A stretch of DNA of 60,257 bases. Source: Acidimicrobiia bacterium. GTDB lineage: Bacteria > Actinomycetota > Acidimicrobiia > IMCC26256 > DASPTH01. Made by a program: the position numbers and the translations under genes. Positions 35,533 to 45,451 of the stretch are shown in pieces (position 1 is the first letter of the stretch; every line of letters begins with the position of its first letter). The notes beneath the pieces are model-generated. The model was not told the DNA's origin. It saw only the letters and a program-made list of their open reading frames with translations, and ran no database searches. The DNA lies in contig DATBBL010000184.1 in NCBI GenBank assembly GCA_036271015.1, forward strand, positions 1-60,257, read 5' to 3'.

Positions 35533-36239
35533 AGATCGAAGACAGCTTCCGGGTCGAGGTGCCCGTCGAGGAGGCCTGGAAGGTGCTCCTCGATCTCGAG
35601 CGCATCGCCCCGTGCCTCCCCGGCGCGCAGCTCACCGAGGTCGAGGGCGACGAGTACCGCGGCACGGTGAAGATCAAGGTCGGCCCGATCACCGCGCAGT
35701 ACAAGGGCGTGGCGAAGATCGAGGAGGCCGACGAGGCGAACCGCAAGGTGGTGCTGCAGGCCGAGGGCCGCGACACCCGCGGTCAGGGCAACGCGTCGGC
35801 CACGGTCACGGCCACGTTGGTGCCCGACGGCGAGGGCACCACGGTGAACATCGACACCGACCTCAACATCACCGGCAAGGTGGCGCAGTTCGGCCGCGGG
35901 GTGATGGCCGACGTCTCGAGCAAGCTGCTCGGCCAGTTCGCCGACAACCTGAAGAAGGATGTGCTGAGCGGCGGCGAGGCGCCGACCGCTCCCGCTCCGG
36001 CGCCCACGTCCGGCACGGCGAGCGCGGTCGACGCGGGGTTCGCGTCGACGGGGGAGGCGGACGCGGGCCCACGCAAGATCGAGAGCAAGGAAGCGGAGCC
36101 CATCGACCTGATGGAGGCGGCCGGCGGCTCGGTGGGGAAGCGGATCGGACCGATCATCGCCGGGCTGGTGGTGCTCCTGGCGCTGCGCGCCGTCTTCAAG
36201 CGGCGCAAGCGCCGGAAGGTCCGCCACCACGAGAGCTGA
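35529..36239 (+). CDS. SRPBCC/CoxG-family protein with C-terminal TM helix and basic tail
   Basis: VKIEDSFRVEVPVEEAWKVLLDLERIAPCLPGAQL...GKVAQFGRGVMADVS is the CoxG (carbon monoxide dehydrogenase subunit G) pattern. C-terminal IGPIIAGLVVLLALRAVF + KRRKRRK. GTGA overlap with the upstream stop. Confidence 0.75.
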   Translation: MKIEDSFRVEVPVEEAWKVLLDLERIAPCLPGAQLTEVEGDEYRGTVKIKVGPITAQYKGVAKIEEADEANRKVVLQAEGRDTRGQGNASATVTATLVPDGEGTTVNIDTDLNITGKVAQFGRGVMADVSSKLLGQFADNLKKDVLSGGEAPTAPAPAPTSGTASAVDAGFASTGEADAGPRKIESKEAEPIDLMEAAGGSVGKRIGPIIAGLVVLLALRAVFKRRKRRKVRHHES

Positions 36240-36245
36240 CCCCTC

Positions 36246-36261
36246 TAGGATCGAACCCGTG
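36246..36261 (+). promoter_or_regulatory. Candidate -10 (TAGGAT) + 7 nt + GTG: leaderless ruvC start
   Basis: TANNNT hexamer spacing. No SD. Confidence 0.4.
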
Positions 36262-36867
36262 TTCGATCCGGCCGAGAGGGAGGCGCCACCCGACGCGCCC
36301 CGGCTCGTCCTGGGCATCGATCCCGGCGTGTCCCGCTGTGGCTACGGCGTGGTCCGGCGTGACGGCTCGACGTTCCGGGCCGTCGCCTACGGCGTGATCC
36401 GCACGCCGCCGCGCGACGAGCTGCCCACCCGCCTGGCCACCCTGCTGCGCGAGCTCGACGCCCTCATGGTGGAGTTCCCGCCGATGGCGATGGCGGTCGA
36501 GCGGGTGCTCTTCCAGGTGAACACGCGCACCGCGATGTCGGTGGGCCAGGCGAGCGGGCTGGCGCTCGCCCTCGCCGGTCGCGCCGGGGTGCCGGTCGTG
36601 CACTACAGCCCCAACGAGGTGAAGCTCGCGGTCGCCGGCGACGGCGCCGCCGGCAAGTACGAGGTGCAGCAGATGGTGACCCGGCTCCTGCAGCTGGCCG
36701 ACGTGCCCGATCCGCCCGACGCCGCCGACGCGCTCGCGCTCGCGCTCTGCCACTGGTGGCGCGCGCCGCTCGCGGCCGCCGGGGCCGCGCCCGGACGCCA
36801 GGGGGGCGCGTCGCCCCGGCTGACCGAGGCGATCGCGGCCGCGGTGGCCAGGGAGGGGGCGAGGTGA
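36259..36867 (+). CDS. ruvC: Crossover junction endodeoxyribonuclease RuvC
   Basis: VLGIDPGVSRCGYGVV (catalytic Asp), EVKLAVAG and ADALALALCH. Confidence 0.9.
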   Translation: MFDPAEREAPPDAPRLVLGIDPGVSRCGYGVVRRDGSTFRAVAYGVIRTPPRDELPTRLATLLRELDALMVEFPPMAMAVERVLFQVNTRTAMSVGQASGLALALAGRAGVPVVHYSPNEVKLAVAGDGAAGKYEVQQMVTRLLQLADVPDPPDAADALALALCHWWRAPLAAAGAAPGRQGGASPRLTEAIAAAVAREGAR

Positions 36868-37451
36868 TCGGGTCGGTGCGGGGGACGGTGATCGAGCGCA
36901 CCGCCGCCGGCGAGGTGCTGGTCGAGGTCGGGGGCGTCGGGTACCGGGCGTTCGTGCCCGCGAGTGCGCTGCCCGCGCTGCACCCGGGGGACGCCGCGTT
37001 CCTGTTCACGCACCTGCACGTGCGTGAGGACGCGATGGTGCTCTACGGCTTCCCGACGCGCGACGAGCGCGACACGTTCGAAGCGCTGATCGCCACCACC
37101 GGCGTGGGCCCGAAGCTGGCGCTGGCGATGCTGTCGGTGCATTCGCCCGCCGGCCTGCGCCGCGCCCTGCTCGAGGACGACCTGGCCGCGCTCACGATGG
37201 TGCCCGGGGTGGGCAAGCGCACCGCGCAACGGTTGCTGGTGGAGCTCAAGACCCGCCTCGAGGTGCCCGAGCTCGATCTCGCCGAGCGGGGGAACGCGCC
37301 GGCGCCGCGGGCGGAGGTGCGCGTGGCGCTCGCGGGGCTCGGGTACGCGCCCGACGAGGTGCGCGACGTCGTCGCCCAGCTGCCCGAGGAGGGCTCGGTG
37401 GAGGAGCTCCTGCGGGAGGCGCTGAAGCTGCTGGCGGTCACCCATGCATAG
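36864..37451 (+). CDS. ruvA: Holliday junction DNA helicase subunit RuvA
   Basis: VIGSVRGTV..., [22 protein letters not shown] and [12 protein letters not shown] (HhH motifs). GTGA overlap with ruvC. Confidence 0.92.
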   Translation: MIGSVRGTVIERTAAGEVLVEVGGVGYRAFVPASALPALHPGDAAFLFTHLHVREDAMVLYGFPTRDERDTFEALIATTGVGPKLALAMLSVHSPAGLRRALLEDDLAALTMVPGVGKRTAQRLLVELKTRLEVPELDLAERGNAPAPRAEVRVALAGLGYAPDEVRDVVAQLPEEGSVEELLREALKLLAVTHA

Positions 37452-37495
37452 GGAACGCAGCGGAGCGCGGAGGCACCCATGACCGGGAGGCCGCG

Positions 37496-38524
37496 ATGAG
37501 GGACGAGCTGATGCGGTCCTCGGCCGACCCGGTGGAGGAGGCGGAGGAGGTCACGCTCCGCCCCCGCCAACTGGCGGAGTTCGTGGGCCAGCCGCGGCTC
37601 AAGGAGCACCTGGAGATCCTCCTCGCCGCCGCGCGCGGTCGTGGACAGGCCGCCGACCACCTGCTGTTCGCCGGGCCACCCGGCCTGGGCAAGACCACGC
37701 TGTCGGGGATCGTGGCCGCGGAGATGGACGTCAGCCTCCGCATCACCAGCGGCCCCGCGCTCGAGCGCGCCGGCGACCTCGCCGCCATCCTCACCAACCT
37801 CGACGACGGCGACGTGCTCTTCATCGACGAGATCCACCGGCTGCCGCGCCCGGTGGAAGAGGTGCTCTATCCGGCGATGGAGGACTTCCAGCTCGACATC
37901 GTGATCGGGAAGGGCCCGGCGGCGCGCTCGATCCGCCTCGACCTCCCGCGCTTCACCCTCATCGGCGCCACCACCCGCACCGGCCTGATCACCGGTCCGT
38001 TGCGCGACCGCTTCGGTTTCATCGCCCGGCTCGACTACTACAGCGTCGAGGATCTCGTCGCCATCATCGAACGGGCGGCGCGCATCCTCGGCGTCCCGCT
38101 CGAGCACGGCGGCGCCCTCGAGATCGCCCGGCGCTCCCGCGGCACGCCCCGCATCGCCAACCGGCTGCTCAAGCGCGTGCGCGACTACGCCGAGGTGCGC
38201 GCCGACGGCCAGGTCACCACCGAGAACGCGCGCATCGCGCTCGAGCTGTTCGAGGTCGACGAGCTCGGGCTCGACAAGGTCGACCGTGCCATCCTCGCCG
38301 CGTTGTGCGAGACGTTCGGCGGCCAGCCGGTCGGGCTGCACACGCTGGCGGTCGCGGTGGCGGAGGAGCCCGAGACGGTCGAGGAGGTCTACGAGCCGTT
38401 CCTCCTCAAGGCGGGCCTCCTGCAGCGCACGCCGCGGGGCCGCGTCGCGACCCCGGGCGCCTACGCGCACCTGCACCTCCCGGCGCCGCGGGTGGTGCCG
38501 AGCCTGTTCTCCACCGAGGACTGA
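37496..38524 (+). CDS. ruvB: Holliday junction DNA helicase RuvB
   Basis: [12 protein letters not shown], Walker [10 protein letters not shown], Walker [10 protein letters not shown] and [23 protein letters not shown] upstream. Confidence 0.95.
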   Translation: MRDELMRSSADPVEEAEEVTLRPRQLAEFVGQPRLKEHLEILLAAARGRGQAADHLLFAGPPGLGKTTLSGIVAAEMDVSLRITSGPALERAGDLAAILTNLDDGDVLFIDEIHRLPRPVEEVLYPAMEDFQLDIVIGKGPAARSIRLDLPRFTLIGATTRTGLITGPLRDRFGFIARLDYYSVEDLVAIIERAARILGVPLEHGGALEIARRSRGTPRIANRLLKRVRDYAEVRADGQVTTENARIALELFEVDELGLDKVDRAILAALCETFGGQPVGLHTLAVAVAEEPETVEEVYEPFLLKAGLLQRTPRGRVATPGAYAHLHLPAPRVVPSLFSTED

Positions 38525-38690
38525 CCGCCGGTTCCGCTCCCCGCTCGGCCCGGCGGCAGGGGGCGACCGATCGGGCCCCGGCTGGTGGGGTTGGATGGTG
38601 CCGCGGGGTCTCGGACGGCCACTAGCATCCTCGTCCGGCCCATGACCCTCCGGCACCCCCGGATGCCAGCGTCAGGAACGCCACGACTCC

Positions 38691-39008
38691 ATGGTCATCA
38701 TCGTCTACTTCGTCGTCATCGCCCTGGCGTTCTTCCTGCTCATCGTCCTGCCCCAGCGCCGCCGGGCGACGGCGCACCGGGCGCTGGTGGAGTCCCTGGG
38801 GGTGGGTGACGAGGTCGTCACCATCGGCGGCGTCTTCGGGATCATCCGGGAGGTCGACAACGACCGCATCGAGCTCGAGGTCGCCCCGGGGGTGCTGATC
38901 ACGGTCGCCCGCAACGCCATCGCTCAGGCCGCGAACCCCGCGCCACCCGAGACTCCCGACCCCTCGCTCGACGAGCACCCCGCCGACAACGGCACGGGTG
39001 ACGACTGA
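38691..39008 (+). CDS. yajC: Preprotein translocase subunit YajC
   Basis: Single TM, then QRRR...LGVGDEVVTIGGVFGIIREVDNDRIELEVAPGV, the YajC signature. Confidence 0.88.
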   Translation: MVIIVYFVVIALAFFLLIVLPQRRRATAHRALVESLGVGDEVVTIGGVFGIIREVDNDRIELEVAPGVLITVARNAIAQAANPAPPETPDPSLDEHPADNGTGDD

Positions 39009-39011
39009 CCC

Positions 39012-40523
39012 GTGCGCCGCAACGTCATCTTCCTGGTCGTGACGCTCGTCATCGTGGTCGGCGTGTTCCTCGCGACGCTCGCCGGTGGCCACGAGCCCGT
39101 GCTCGGCCTCGACCTCCAGGGCGGCGTGTCGGTGGTGCTCTCGCCGGTCGGCAAGTACAAGTCCGATTCGCTCGACGTCGCCATCGACGTCATCCGCAAC
39201 CGCGTCGACAGCTTCGGCACCATCGAGCCGCAGATCTCCCGCCAGGGCAACGACGTCGTGATCGACCTGCCCGGCGTGAAGGACCGCGCCAAGGCGGTCG
39301 CGCTCGTCGGCAAGACCGCGGAGCTGCGCTTCCGGCCGGTGACCACGCAGCTGCCGTCCGAGGCGGCGCAGGCCAAGGCCGCGACCACGACGACCACCAC
39401 CGCGCCCGGGGCCACCACCACGACGACGCCGCCTCAACCGAGCACCGACGCGGCGAGAGCCGCCATCGCGAAGTGCGACGACGCGACCGTGTCCACCCTC
39501 ACCACCATCCCCACGACGACGCGCGCCGCCGACGTGCGCAACGCGTGCGTGGTGCTGCCGAACAAGCCGGGCGGGAAGAACGCCCCTCGCTACTACCTCG
39601 GCAAGGCCGGGCTCACCGGCAAGGTCGTGTCGTCGGCGAAGGCCGAGTTCGTCTCCGGGAGCGGTTGGGTCGTCAACATGAACCTCACCGACAAGGGCAG
39701 CAGCCAGTGGGACAACCTCGCCCAGCAGCAGTTCCACAAGCAGGTCGCGATCGTGCTCGACGGCATCGTGCAGTCGGCGCCGACCATCCAGCCCGACCAG
39801 CAGGCCTTCTCCTCGTTCGGCGGCAAGGCGCAGATCTCGGGCGGCTTCACCGGGTCCGCGGCGTCCGACCTCGCCAAGCTGATCAACTACGGCGCGCTGC
39901 CCGTGACCCTCAAGCAGGTGAACGTCGAGAACGTCTCGCCCACCCTGGGCAACGACCAGCTGCACGCCGGGATCATCGCCGGGATCGTCGGCCTCGCGCT
40001 CGTCGCCATCTACATGCTCGCGCTGTACCGGTTGCTCGGCCTCGTGGTCATCGCGGGGATCCTGCTCAGCGGCATGGCGCTCTACTCGCTGATCGCGTGG
40101 ATCCTGCCCGACGTGCTCGGCATCACCATCGTGCTGAGCCTCGCCGGCGTGACCGGCATCATCGTGTCGGTCGGCATCACCGTCGACTCGTACATCGTCT
40201 ACTTCGAACGCATGAAGGACGAGTTGCGCGCCGGCGCGACCGTCCGGTCCTGTGTCGACCGGTCGTTCACACGCGCGTTCCGCACCATCGTCGCCGCCGA
40301 CCTCGTCTCGCTGATCGGTGCCCTGGTGCTCTACGTGCTCGCCATCGGTTCCGTGCGCGGCTTCGCGCTGTTCCTCATGATCTCGACGATCCTCGACCTC
40401 TTCGTCGCCTACTTCTTCATGCACCCGCTGGTCTCGATCATGGCGCGCCGGTCGTCGCTGGTGAGCATGCCCGGCGTCGGGATCGCGGCCGGCCTCGACG
40501 CTCCTGCGGGGGTGACCACGTGA
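39012..40523 (+). CDS. secD: Protein translocase subunit SecD
   Basis: LGLDLQGGV, a periplasmic domain, and a C-terminal 5-TM block with ILDLFVAYFFMHP. Confidence 0.9.
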   Translation: MRRNVIFLVVTLVIVVGVFLATLAGGHEPVLGLDLQGGVSVVLSPVGKYKSDSLDVAIDVIRNRVDSFGTIEPQISRQGNDVVIDLPGVKDRAKAVALVGKTAELRFRPVTTQLPSEAAQAKAATTTTTTAPGATTTTTPPQPSTDAARAAIAKCDDATVSTLTTIPTTTRAADVRNACVVLPNKPGGKNAPRYYLGKAGLTGKVVSSAKAEFVSGSGWVVNMNLTDKGSSQWDNLAQQQFHKQVAIVLDGIVQSAPTIQPDQQAFSSFGGKAQISGGFTGSAASDLAKLINYGALPVTLKQVNVENVSPTLGNDQLHAGIIAGIVGLALVAIYMLALYRLLGLVVIAGILLSGMALYSLIAWILPDVLGITIVLSLAGVTGIIVSVGITVDSYIVYFERMKDELRAGATVRSCVDRSFTRAFRTIVAADLVSLIGALVLYVLAIGSVRGFALFLMISTILDLFVAYFFMHPLVSIMARRSSLVSMPGVGIAAGLDAPAGVTT

Positions 40524-41797
40524 CGACCACGGCGGCACCGGCCGGTGCGACGCCGACGCGCCGTCACCGGTTCGCCGACCTGTACCACGAGCGCACCCAC
40601 TACGAGTTCATCGACCGCTCGTGGCGCTGGGCGATTCTCTCCGGGGCGCTCATCCTGATCTCGGTCGTCGCGTTCCTGGTCAGCGGGCTCAACCTCGGGA
40701 TCGACTTCGAGGGCGGCACGCAGTGGGAATTCACGATGGCGAACAACGCGTCGGTCTCCGTCACCAAGGTGCGCGACGCCATCGATCCGCTCGGGCTCGG
40801 CGACGCGACGGTGCTGGTGGTCGGCAACGACTCGGTCCGGGTGCAGTCGAAGAACCTCTCGACGACCCAGGAGGCGAAGGTCGGCGCGGCCCTGGCCAAG
40901 TACGCGGGCATCAACAACGCGCAGGTCAGTGTCACCAGCGTCGGGCCGACCTGGGGCGACAAGGTGAGCAGCAAGGCGCTCACCGCGCTGGTGGTGTTCT
41001 TCCTGGTGATCGCGGCGTATCTGACGTTCCGCTTCGAGTGGCGCATGGCGCTGGCCGCGATCATCGCGGTGGTCCACGACATCATCATCACCGTCGGCGT
41101 CTACGCGGTCACGCAATTCGAGGTGACACCCGCGACCGTGGTCGCGTTCCTCACCATCCTGGGCTTCTCGCTCTACGACACCGTCGTCGTGTTCGACAAG
41201 GTGAAGGACAACCAGGCGCGCCTCGGCACGGTGCGCGGCGACACCTACTCCTTGATGGTGAACCGGTCGCTGAACCAGGTGCTGGTGCGCTCGCTCAGCA
41301 CGTCGATCGTGGCGCTGCTGCCGGTGGCGTCGCTGCTGTTCGTCGGCACCTACGTGCTCGGCGGGTTGGCACTGCGCGACTTCGCGCTGGCCCTGTTCGT
41401 CGGCCTCCTCACCGGCGCGTACTCGTCGATCTTCGTGGCCACGCCCATCCTCGCGTGGCTCAAGGAGCGCGAACCCAAATACCGTGCGCTGCGGGAGCGC
41501 GCCGCCGCCGATCTGGCCAAGGCGAAGGCCGTCGCCCCGGTGGCGCCCGTCGTGCCCGGCCCCGCGGTGGACGTGCCGGTCGACGGCGAGGACGTCGAAC
41601 CGCTCGACGAGGACGACGGCGACGAGGGCGACGACGAGGACGGCGACACGGACGTCCCGATCGCCGCGCCGGCGGCACCGGTCACGCCGGCGGCGCCGGT
41701 CACGCCGGCGGGCGCACCGCGGGCCGGGACCGCGGGCGCGTCGCGCGGCGCCGCCAACCCGCGTGGTCGCCAGCAGCGGCGCCGCAAGCGCCGCTGA
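40520..41797 (+). CDS. secF: Protein translocase subunit SecF with about 100-aa acidic/Pro-Ala-rich C-terminal tail
   Basis: YEFIDRSWRWAILSG, LGIDFEGGTQWEF and VVHDIIITVGVYA. GTGA overlap with secD. The tail is EDVEPLDEDDGDEGDDEDGD...RRRKRR. Confidence 0.9.
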   Translation: MTTTAAPAGATPTRRHRFADLYHERTHYEFIDRSWRWAILSGALILISVVAFLVSGLNLGIDFEGGTQWEFTMANNASVSVTKVRDAIDPLGLGDATVLVVGNDSVRVQSKNLSTTQEAKVGAALAKYAGINNAQVSVTSVGPTWGDKVSSKALTALVVFFLVIAAYLTFRFEWRMALAAIIAVVHDIIITVGVYAVTQFEVTPATVVAFLTILGFSLYDTVVVFDKVKDNQARLGTVRGDTYSLMVNRSLNQVLVRSLSTSIVALLPVASLLFVGTYVLGGLALRDFALALFVGLLTGAYSSIFVATPILAWLKEREPKYRALRERAAADLAKAKAVAPVAPVVPGPAVDVPVDGEDVEPLDEDDGDEGDDEDGDTDVPIAAPAAPVTPAAPVTPAGAPRAGTAGASRGAANPRGRQQRRRKRR

Positions 41798-41857
41798 CCG
41801 GTCGCGCGCGGCAGTGGGTTCGGGAACACCCGGCCCGCCTGTAAGGTTGTCGCGCAG

Positions 41858-44122
41858 ATGAGCACGACGGATCTGTCCGGAAGCGGGCCCCGTGTGGAGG
41901 TTCGCACCGATCGTCGCTCCGTGCTGCCCTGGCGCCGCTCCCACAGCGTCGACGCCGAGCTCGCCCCGCTCGTCACCGCCTACCTCGAGCGGCACCGTCG
42001 GGGCGACACGACCCTGATCGAGCACGCCTTCGACATGGCGCGCGACGCCCACCGCGAGCAGGTCCGGCGCTCGGGGGAGCCCTACATCACCCACCCGGTC
42101 GGGGTCGCGCTGGTGCTGGCCGATCTCGGCCTCGACGACGTGACCATCGCCGCCGCGCTCTTGCACGACGCGGTCGAGGACACGACCGTCACCAAGGACG
42201 ACATCGAGCGCGAGCTGGGCGCCGACGTCGCCACGATCGTCGACGGCGTCACCAAGCTCGACCGGCTCCAGTTCGACTCCAAGGAAGCGCAGCAGGCCGC
42301 GACGCTCCGCAAGATGCTCGTGGCGATGGCGAAGGACATCCGGGTCCTGCTCATCAAGCTCGCCGACCGGCTCCACAACATGCGGACGATCGCGTCGCTG
42401 CCCGAGTTCAAGCAGCGTCGCATCGCCCAGGAGACGCTCGACATCTACGCGCCGCTCGCGCACCGGCTCGGCATCGCCGACATGAAGTGGCAGCTCGAGG
42501 ACACGTCGTTCGCGGTGCTCTACCCGTTGCGCTACGCGGAGATCGAGCAGATGGTCGCCACCCAGGCGCCCGAGCGGGAGGAGTTCCTCCAGACCGTCCT
42601 CACCGAGCTGCGGGCCCGCCTCGACGAGCTGCACATCGACGCCGACGTCAAGGGCCGCCCGAAGCACTACTGGTCGATCTACGAGAAGATGATCACGCGG
42701 GGCAAGCAGTTCGACGACGTCCAGGATCTCGTCGGGGTACGGGTCGTGGTCGAGTCGGTGAAGGACTGCTACGCCGCGCTGGGGTCCATCCACGCGATGT
42801 GGAAGCCGGTCCAGGGCCGGTTCAAGGACTACATCGCGATGCCGAAGTTCAACCTCTACCAGTCGCTGCACACGACGGTCGTGGGGCCCTCGGGCAAGGC
42901 GGTCGAGGTGCAGATCCGCACGCAGGAGATGCACCGGCGCGCCGAGTTCGGCGTCGCCGCCCACTGGGGCTACAAGGAGCGCGAGCCGGCCGAGGACATG
43001 CTCTGGCTGCAGCGCATGGTCGACTGGCAGCAGGAGACCTCCGACCCCGGCGAGTTCATGGAGGCGTTGAAGATCGACCTCGAGGAGGACGAGGTCTTCG
43101 TCTTCACGCCCAAGGGCAAGGTCATCACGTTGGCGGCGGGGGCGACCCCGGTCGACTTCGCCTACGCCATCCACACCGACGTCGGCCACCGGTGCATCGG
43201 CGCGCGCGTGAACGGGCGCCTGGTGCCGCTCGACTCCGGCCTGGCGTCGGGCGACACGGTCGAGATCTTCACCAGCAAGGTCGAGGGTGCGGGGCCGAGC
43301 CGCGACTGGCTCCAGTTCGTCCGGACGCCGAAGGCCAAGACCAAGATCCGCCAGTGGTTCTCGCGCGAGCGCCGGGTCGACGCCATCGACACCGGGCGTG
43401 AGGAGCTGGCCAAGGCGCTGCGCAAGGAAGGCCTGCCGGTCCAGAAGCTGGCGTCGTCGTCGTCGCTGCGCGACGTCGCCGAGGCCATGCACTACGCCGA
43501 CCTCGAGGCCCTGCACGCCGCCATCGGCGAGAACCACGTGTCGGCCAAGGCGGTCGTCCAGCGGCTCCAGAAGGAGCTGCGCAGCGGCGAGGAGCAGCTG
43601 CCGGTCACCATGGCCCGGCCGCCGGAGCGCGCCCGCCGGTCGGAGCGCCGTGCGACCGGCGTCCACGTCGAGGGGCTCGACGACGTGATGGTGCGCCTGT
43701 CGCGGTGCTGCACGCCGGTTCCCGGCGACGAGATCATGGGCTTCGTCACCCGCGGCCGGGGCGTCTCGGTGCACCGCACCGACTGCGCCAACGCCGCCGG
43801 CCTGGTGAACCACGCCGAGCGGCTGATCGAGGTCGAGTGGGACCACGACCAGCCGGCCACGTTCGTGGTGTCGGTCGAGGTGGAGGCGCTCGACCGGTCG
43901 AAGTTGCTGCGCGACGTGGCCCAGGTGCTCTCCGAGTACCACGTGAACATCCTCTCGTGCACCTCGCAGACCTCGACCGAACGGGTGGCGAAGTTCCGGT
44001 TCGACTTCGAGCTCGCCGACCCCAACCACCTCGAGTCGATCCTCTGGGCGATCAAGCGCGTCGACAGCGTCTACGCCGCCTACCGCGTGCTCCCGGGGCA
44101 CGCCAAGGTCCCCGCGAACTAA
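41858..44122 (+). CDS. relA: Bifunctional (p)ppGpp synthetase/hydrolase Rel
   Basis: HD hydrolase (HPVGVA...LLHDAVEDT), synthetase (YIAMPKFNLYQSLHT), TGS and ACT domains. Confidence 0.95.
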   Translation: MSTTDLSGSGPRVEVRTDRRSVLPWRRSHSVDAELAPLVTAYLERHRRGDTTLIEHAFDMARDAHREQVRRSGEPYITHPVGVALVLADLGLDDVTIAAALLHDAVEDTTVTKDDIERELGADVATIVDGVTKLDRLQFDSKEAQQAATLRKMLVAMAKDIRVLLIKLADRLHNMRTIASLPEFKQRRIAQETLDIYAPLAHRLGIADMKWQLEDTSFAVLYPLRYAEIEQMVATQAPEREEFLQTVLTELRARLDELHIDADVKGRPKHYWSIYEKMITRGKQFDDVQDLVGVRVVVESVKDCYAALGSIHAMWKPVQGRFKDYIAMPKFNLYQSLHTTVVGPSGKAVEVQIRTQEMHRRAEFGVAAHWGYKEREPAEDMLWLQRMVDWQQETSDPGEFMEALKIDLEEDEVFVFTPKGKVITLAAGATPVDFAYAIHTDVGHRCIGARVNGRLVPLDSGLASGDTVEIFTSKVEGAGPSRDWLQFVRTPKAKTKIRQWFSRERRVDAIDTGREELAKALRKEGLPVQKLASSSSLRDVAEAMHYADLEALHAAIGENHVSAKAVVQRLQKELRSGEEQLPVTMARPPERARRSERRATGVHVEGLDDVMVRLSRCCTPVPGDEIMGFVTRGRGVSVHRTDCANAAGLVNHAERLIEVEWDHDQPATFVVSVEVEALDRSKLLRDVAQVLSEYHVNILSCTSQTSTERVAKFRFDFELADPNHLESILWAIKRVDSVYAAYRVLPGHAKVPAN

Positions 44123-44146
44123 CCCGGCGCTCCGGGCACCCCCCGG

Positions 44147-44161
44147 TACCATTGCTCGGTG
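44147..44161 (+). promoter_or_regulatory. Candidate -10 (TACCAT) + 6 nt + GTG: leaderless hisS start
   Basis: The same 15-mer, ccggtaccattgctc, occurs upstream of pdxS. Confidence 0.5.
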
Positions 44162-45451
44162 GCTGATGCGTCCGACGACTCCTCGCGCTACCGCGCGCCC
44201 GTCGGCACCCACGATGTCCTGCCGCCCGAGTCGGCGCGGTGGACCGCGCTGGTCGGCGAGTTCGCGCAGCGGGCCGGGCGGTACGGCTTCGACCTGGTGA
44301 TCACCCCGATCTTCGAGCACCTGGAGGTGTTCCAGCGGGTCGGGGAGTCGACCGACGTCGTCCGCAAGGAGATGTACGACTTCGAGGACAAGGGCGGGCG
44401 CCGGATCGCGCTCCGACCCGAAGGCACCGCCGGCGTGGCCCGTGCGTTCGCCCAGCACAACCCGGTGGTGCCGTGGAAGGTCTGGTACGTCGCGCCGCAC
44501 TTCCGCTACGAGCGGCCGCAGAAGGGCCGCAACCGCCAGCACTGGCAGGTGGGCGCGGAGGCGCTGGGCGTCGACGACCCCGAGCTCGACATCGAGGTCA
44601 TCGCGCTCGCTCACGGCTTCTACCGGGCGCTCGGGTTGCGCGACGTCACCTTGAGCATCAACTCGATGGGCGACGAAGCCGACCGGGCCGCCTACGTCGC
44701 GGTGCTCCGCGAGTACCTGCTGGCGCACGCCGGCGCGCTGGGCGACACCTTCCGCGAGCGTGTCGAGACCAACCCGCTGCGAGTGCTCGACTCGAAGGAC
44801 CCCGACTGGCAGGACGTGATCGAACACGCACCGCAGATCACCGAGCTGCTCGGCGACCCGGCCCGGACGCACTTCGAGGCGGTGCAACTCGGGCTCGACC
44901 GGCTCGGCATCGCGCACGAGATCAACCCAAGGCTCGTGCGCGGGCTCGACTACTACACCAGCACCACGTTCGAGTTCAGCAGCCGGGCGCTCGACGCCGC
45001 GCAGAACGGCATCGGCGGCGGCGGTCGCTACGACAAGCTCGTCGAGCAGATGGGCGGGAAGCCCACGCCCGGCATCGGGTTCGGCATCGGCATCGAACGC
45101 GTCCTCATCGCCTGCTCGGCGGAGGGCGTCGATCCGGGGGAGGCACCCGTGGCCGACGTCTTCGTCATCGGGGGGATGGACAACCCCAGCGAGGTCACGC
45201 TGCTCGTCACCGAGCTGCGGGAGGACGGCATGCGCGCCGAACGCACCTATGGTGACCGCTCGTTCAAGGCGCAGATGAAGGTCGCCGACCGGTCGGGCGC
45301 CCGGTTCGCGGTGATTCTCGGAAAGCAGGAGGCGGAGCGGGGTGCGGTCGCGGTGAAGGACCTGCGCTCGGGCGAGCAGGTGGAAGTGCCGCGCCAATTG
45401 GTCGCGGGATGGTTGCAGGAACGACGCGAGGCAGAGGACGAACCCCGATGA
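44159..45451 (+). CDS. hisS: Histidine--tRNA ligase
   Basis: GTHDVLP, MYDFEDKGGRRIALRPEGT, FRYERPQKGRNRQHWQ and GGGRYD. Confidence 0.95.
   Translation: MADASDDSSRYRAPVGTHDVLPPESARWTALVGEFAQRAGRYGFDLVITPIFEHLEVFQRVGESTDVVRKEMYDFEDKGGRRIALRPEGTAGVARAFAQHNPVVPWKVWYVAPHFRYERPQKGRNRQHWQVGAEALGVDDPELDIEVIALAHGFYRALGLRDVTLSINSMGDEADRAAYVAVLREYLLAHAGALGDTFRERVETNPLRVLDSKDPDWQDVIEHAPQITELLGDPARTHFEAVQLGLDRLGIAHEINPRLVRGLDYYTSTTFEFSSRALDAAQNGIGGGGRYDKLVEQMGGKPTPGIGFGIGIERVLIACSAEGVDPGEAPVADVFVIGGMDNPSEVTLLVTELREDGMRAERTYGDRSFKAQMKVADRSGARFAVILGKQEAERGAVAVKDLRSGEQVEVPRQLVAGWLQERREAEDEPR

Noticed and set aside
41500-41797. Acidic/Pro-Ala-rich about 100-aa C-terminal tail of SecF as a separate feature
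   Set aside because: It is continuous in frame with SecF and has high GC3. Low-complexity tails on SecF are common in high-GC actinobacteria, so it is noted in the annotation only.
40409-45397. 1662-aa ORF on the minus strand, the largest in the track. Similar giant ORFs: 4181..7669(-), 10864..14499(-), 16149..19919(-), 38622..40538(-), 45247..47211(-), 50634..53366(-).
   Set aside because: All are antisense to genes with unmistakable housekeeping identities (secF/relA/hisS, dnaE, thrS, alaS and others). Their translations are Arg/Gly/Asp/His/Pro-rich low-complexity strings with no recognisable motif. Stop-free antisense frames are expected at this GC content.
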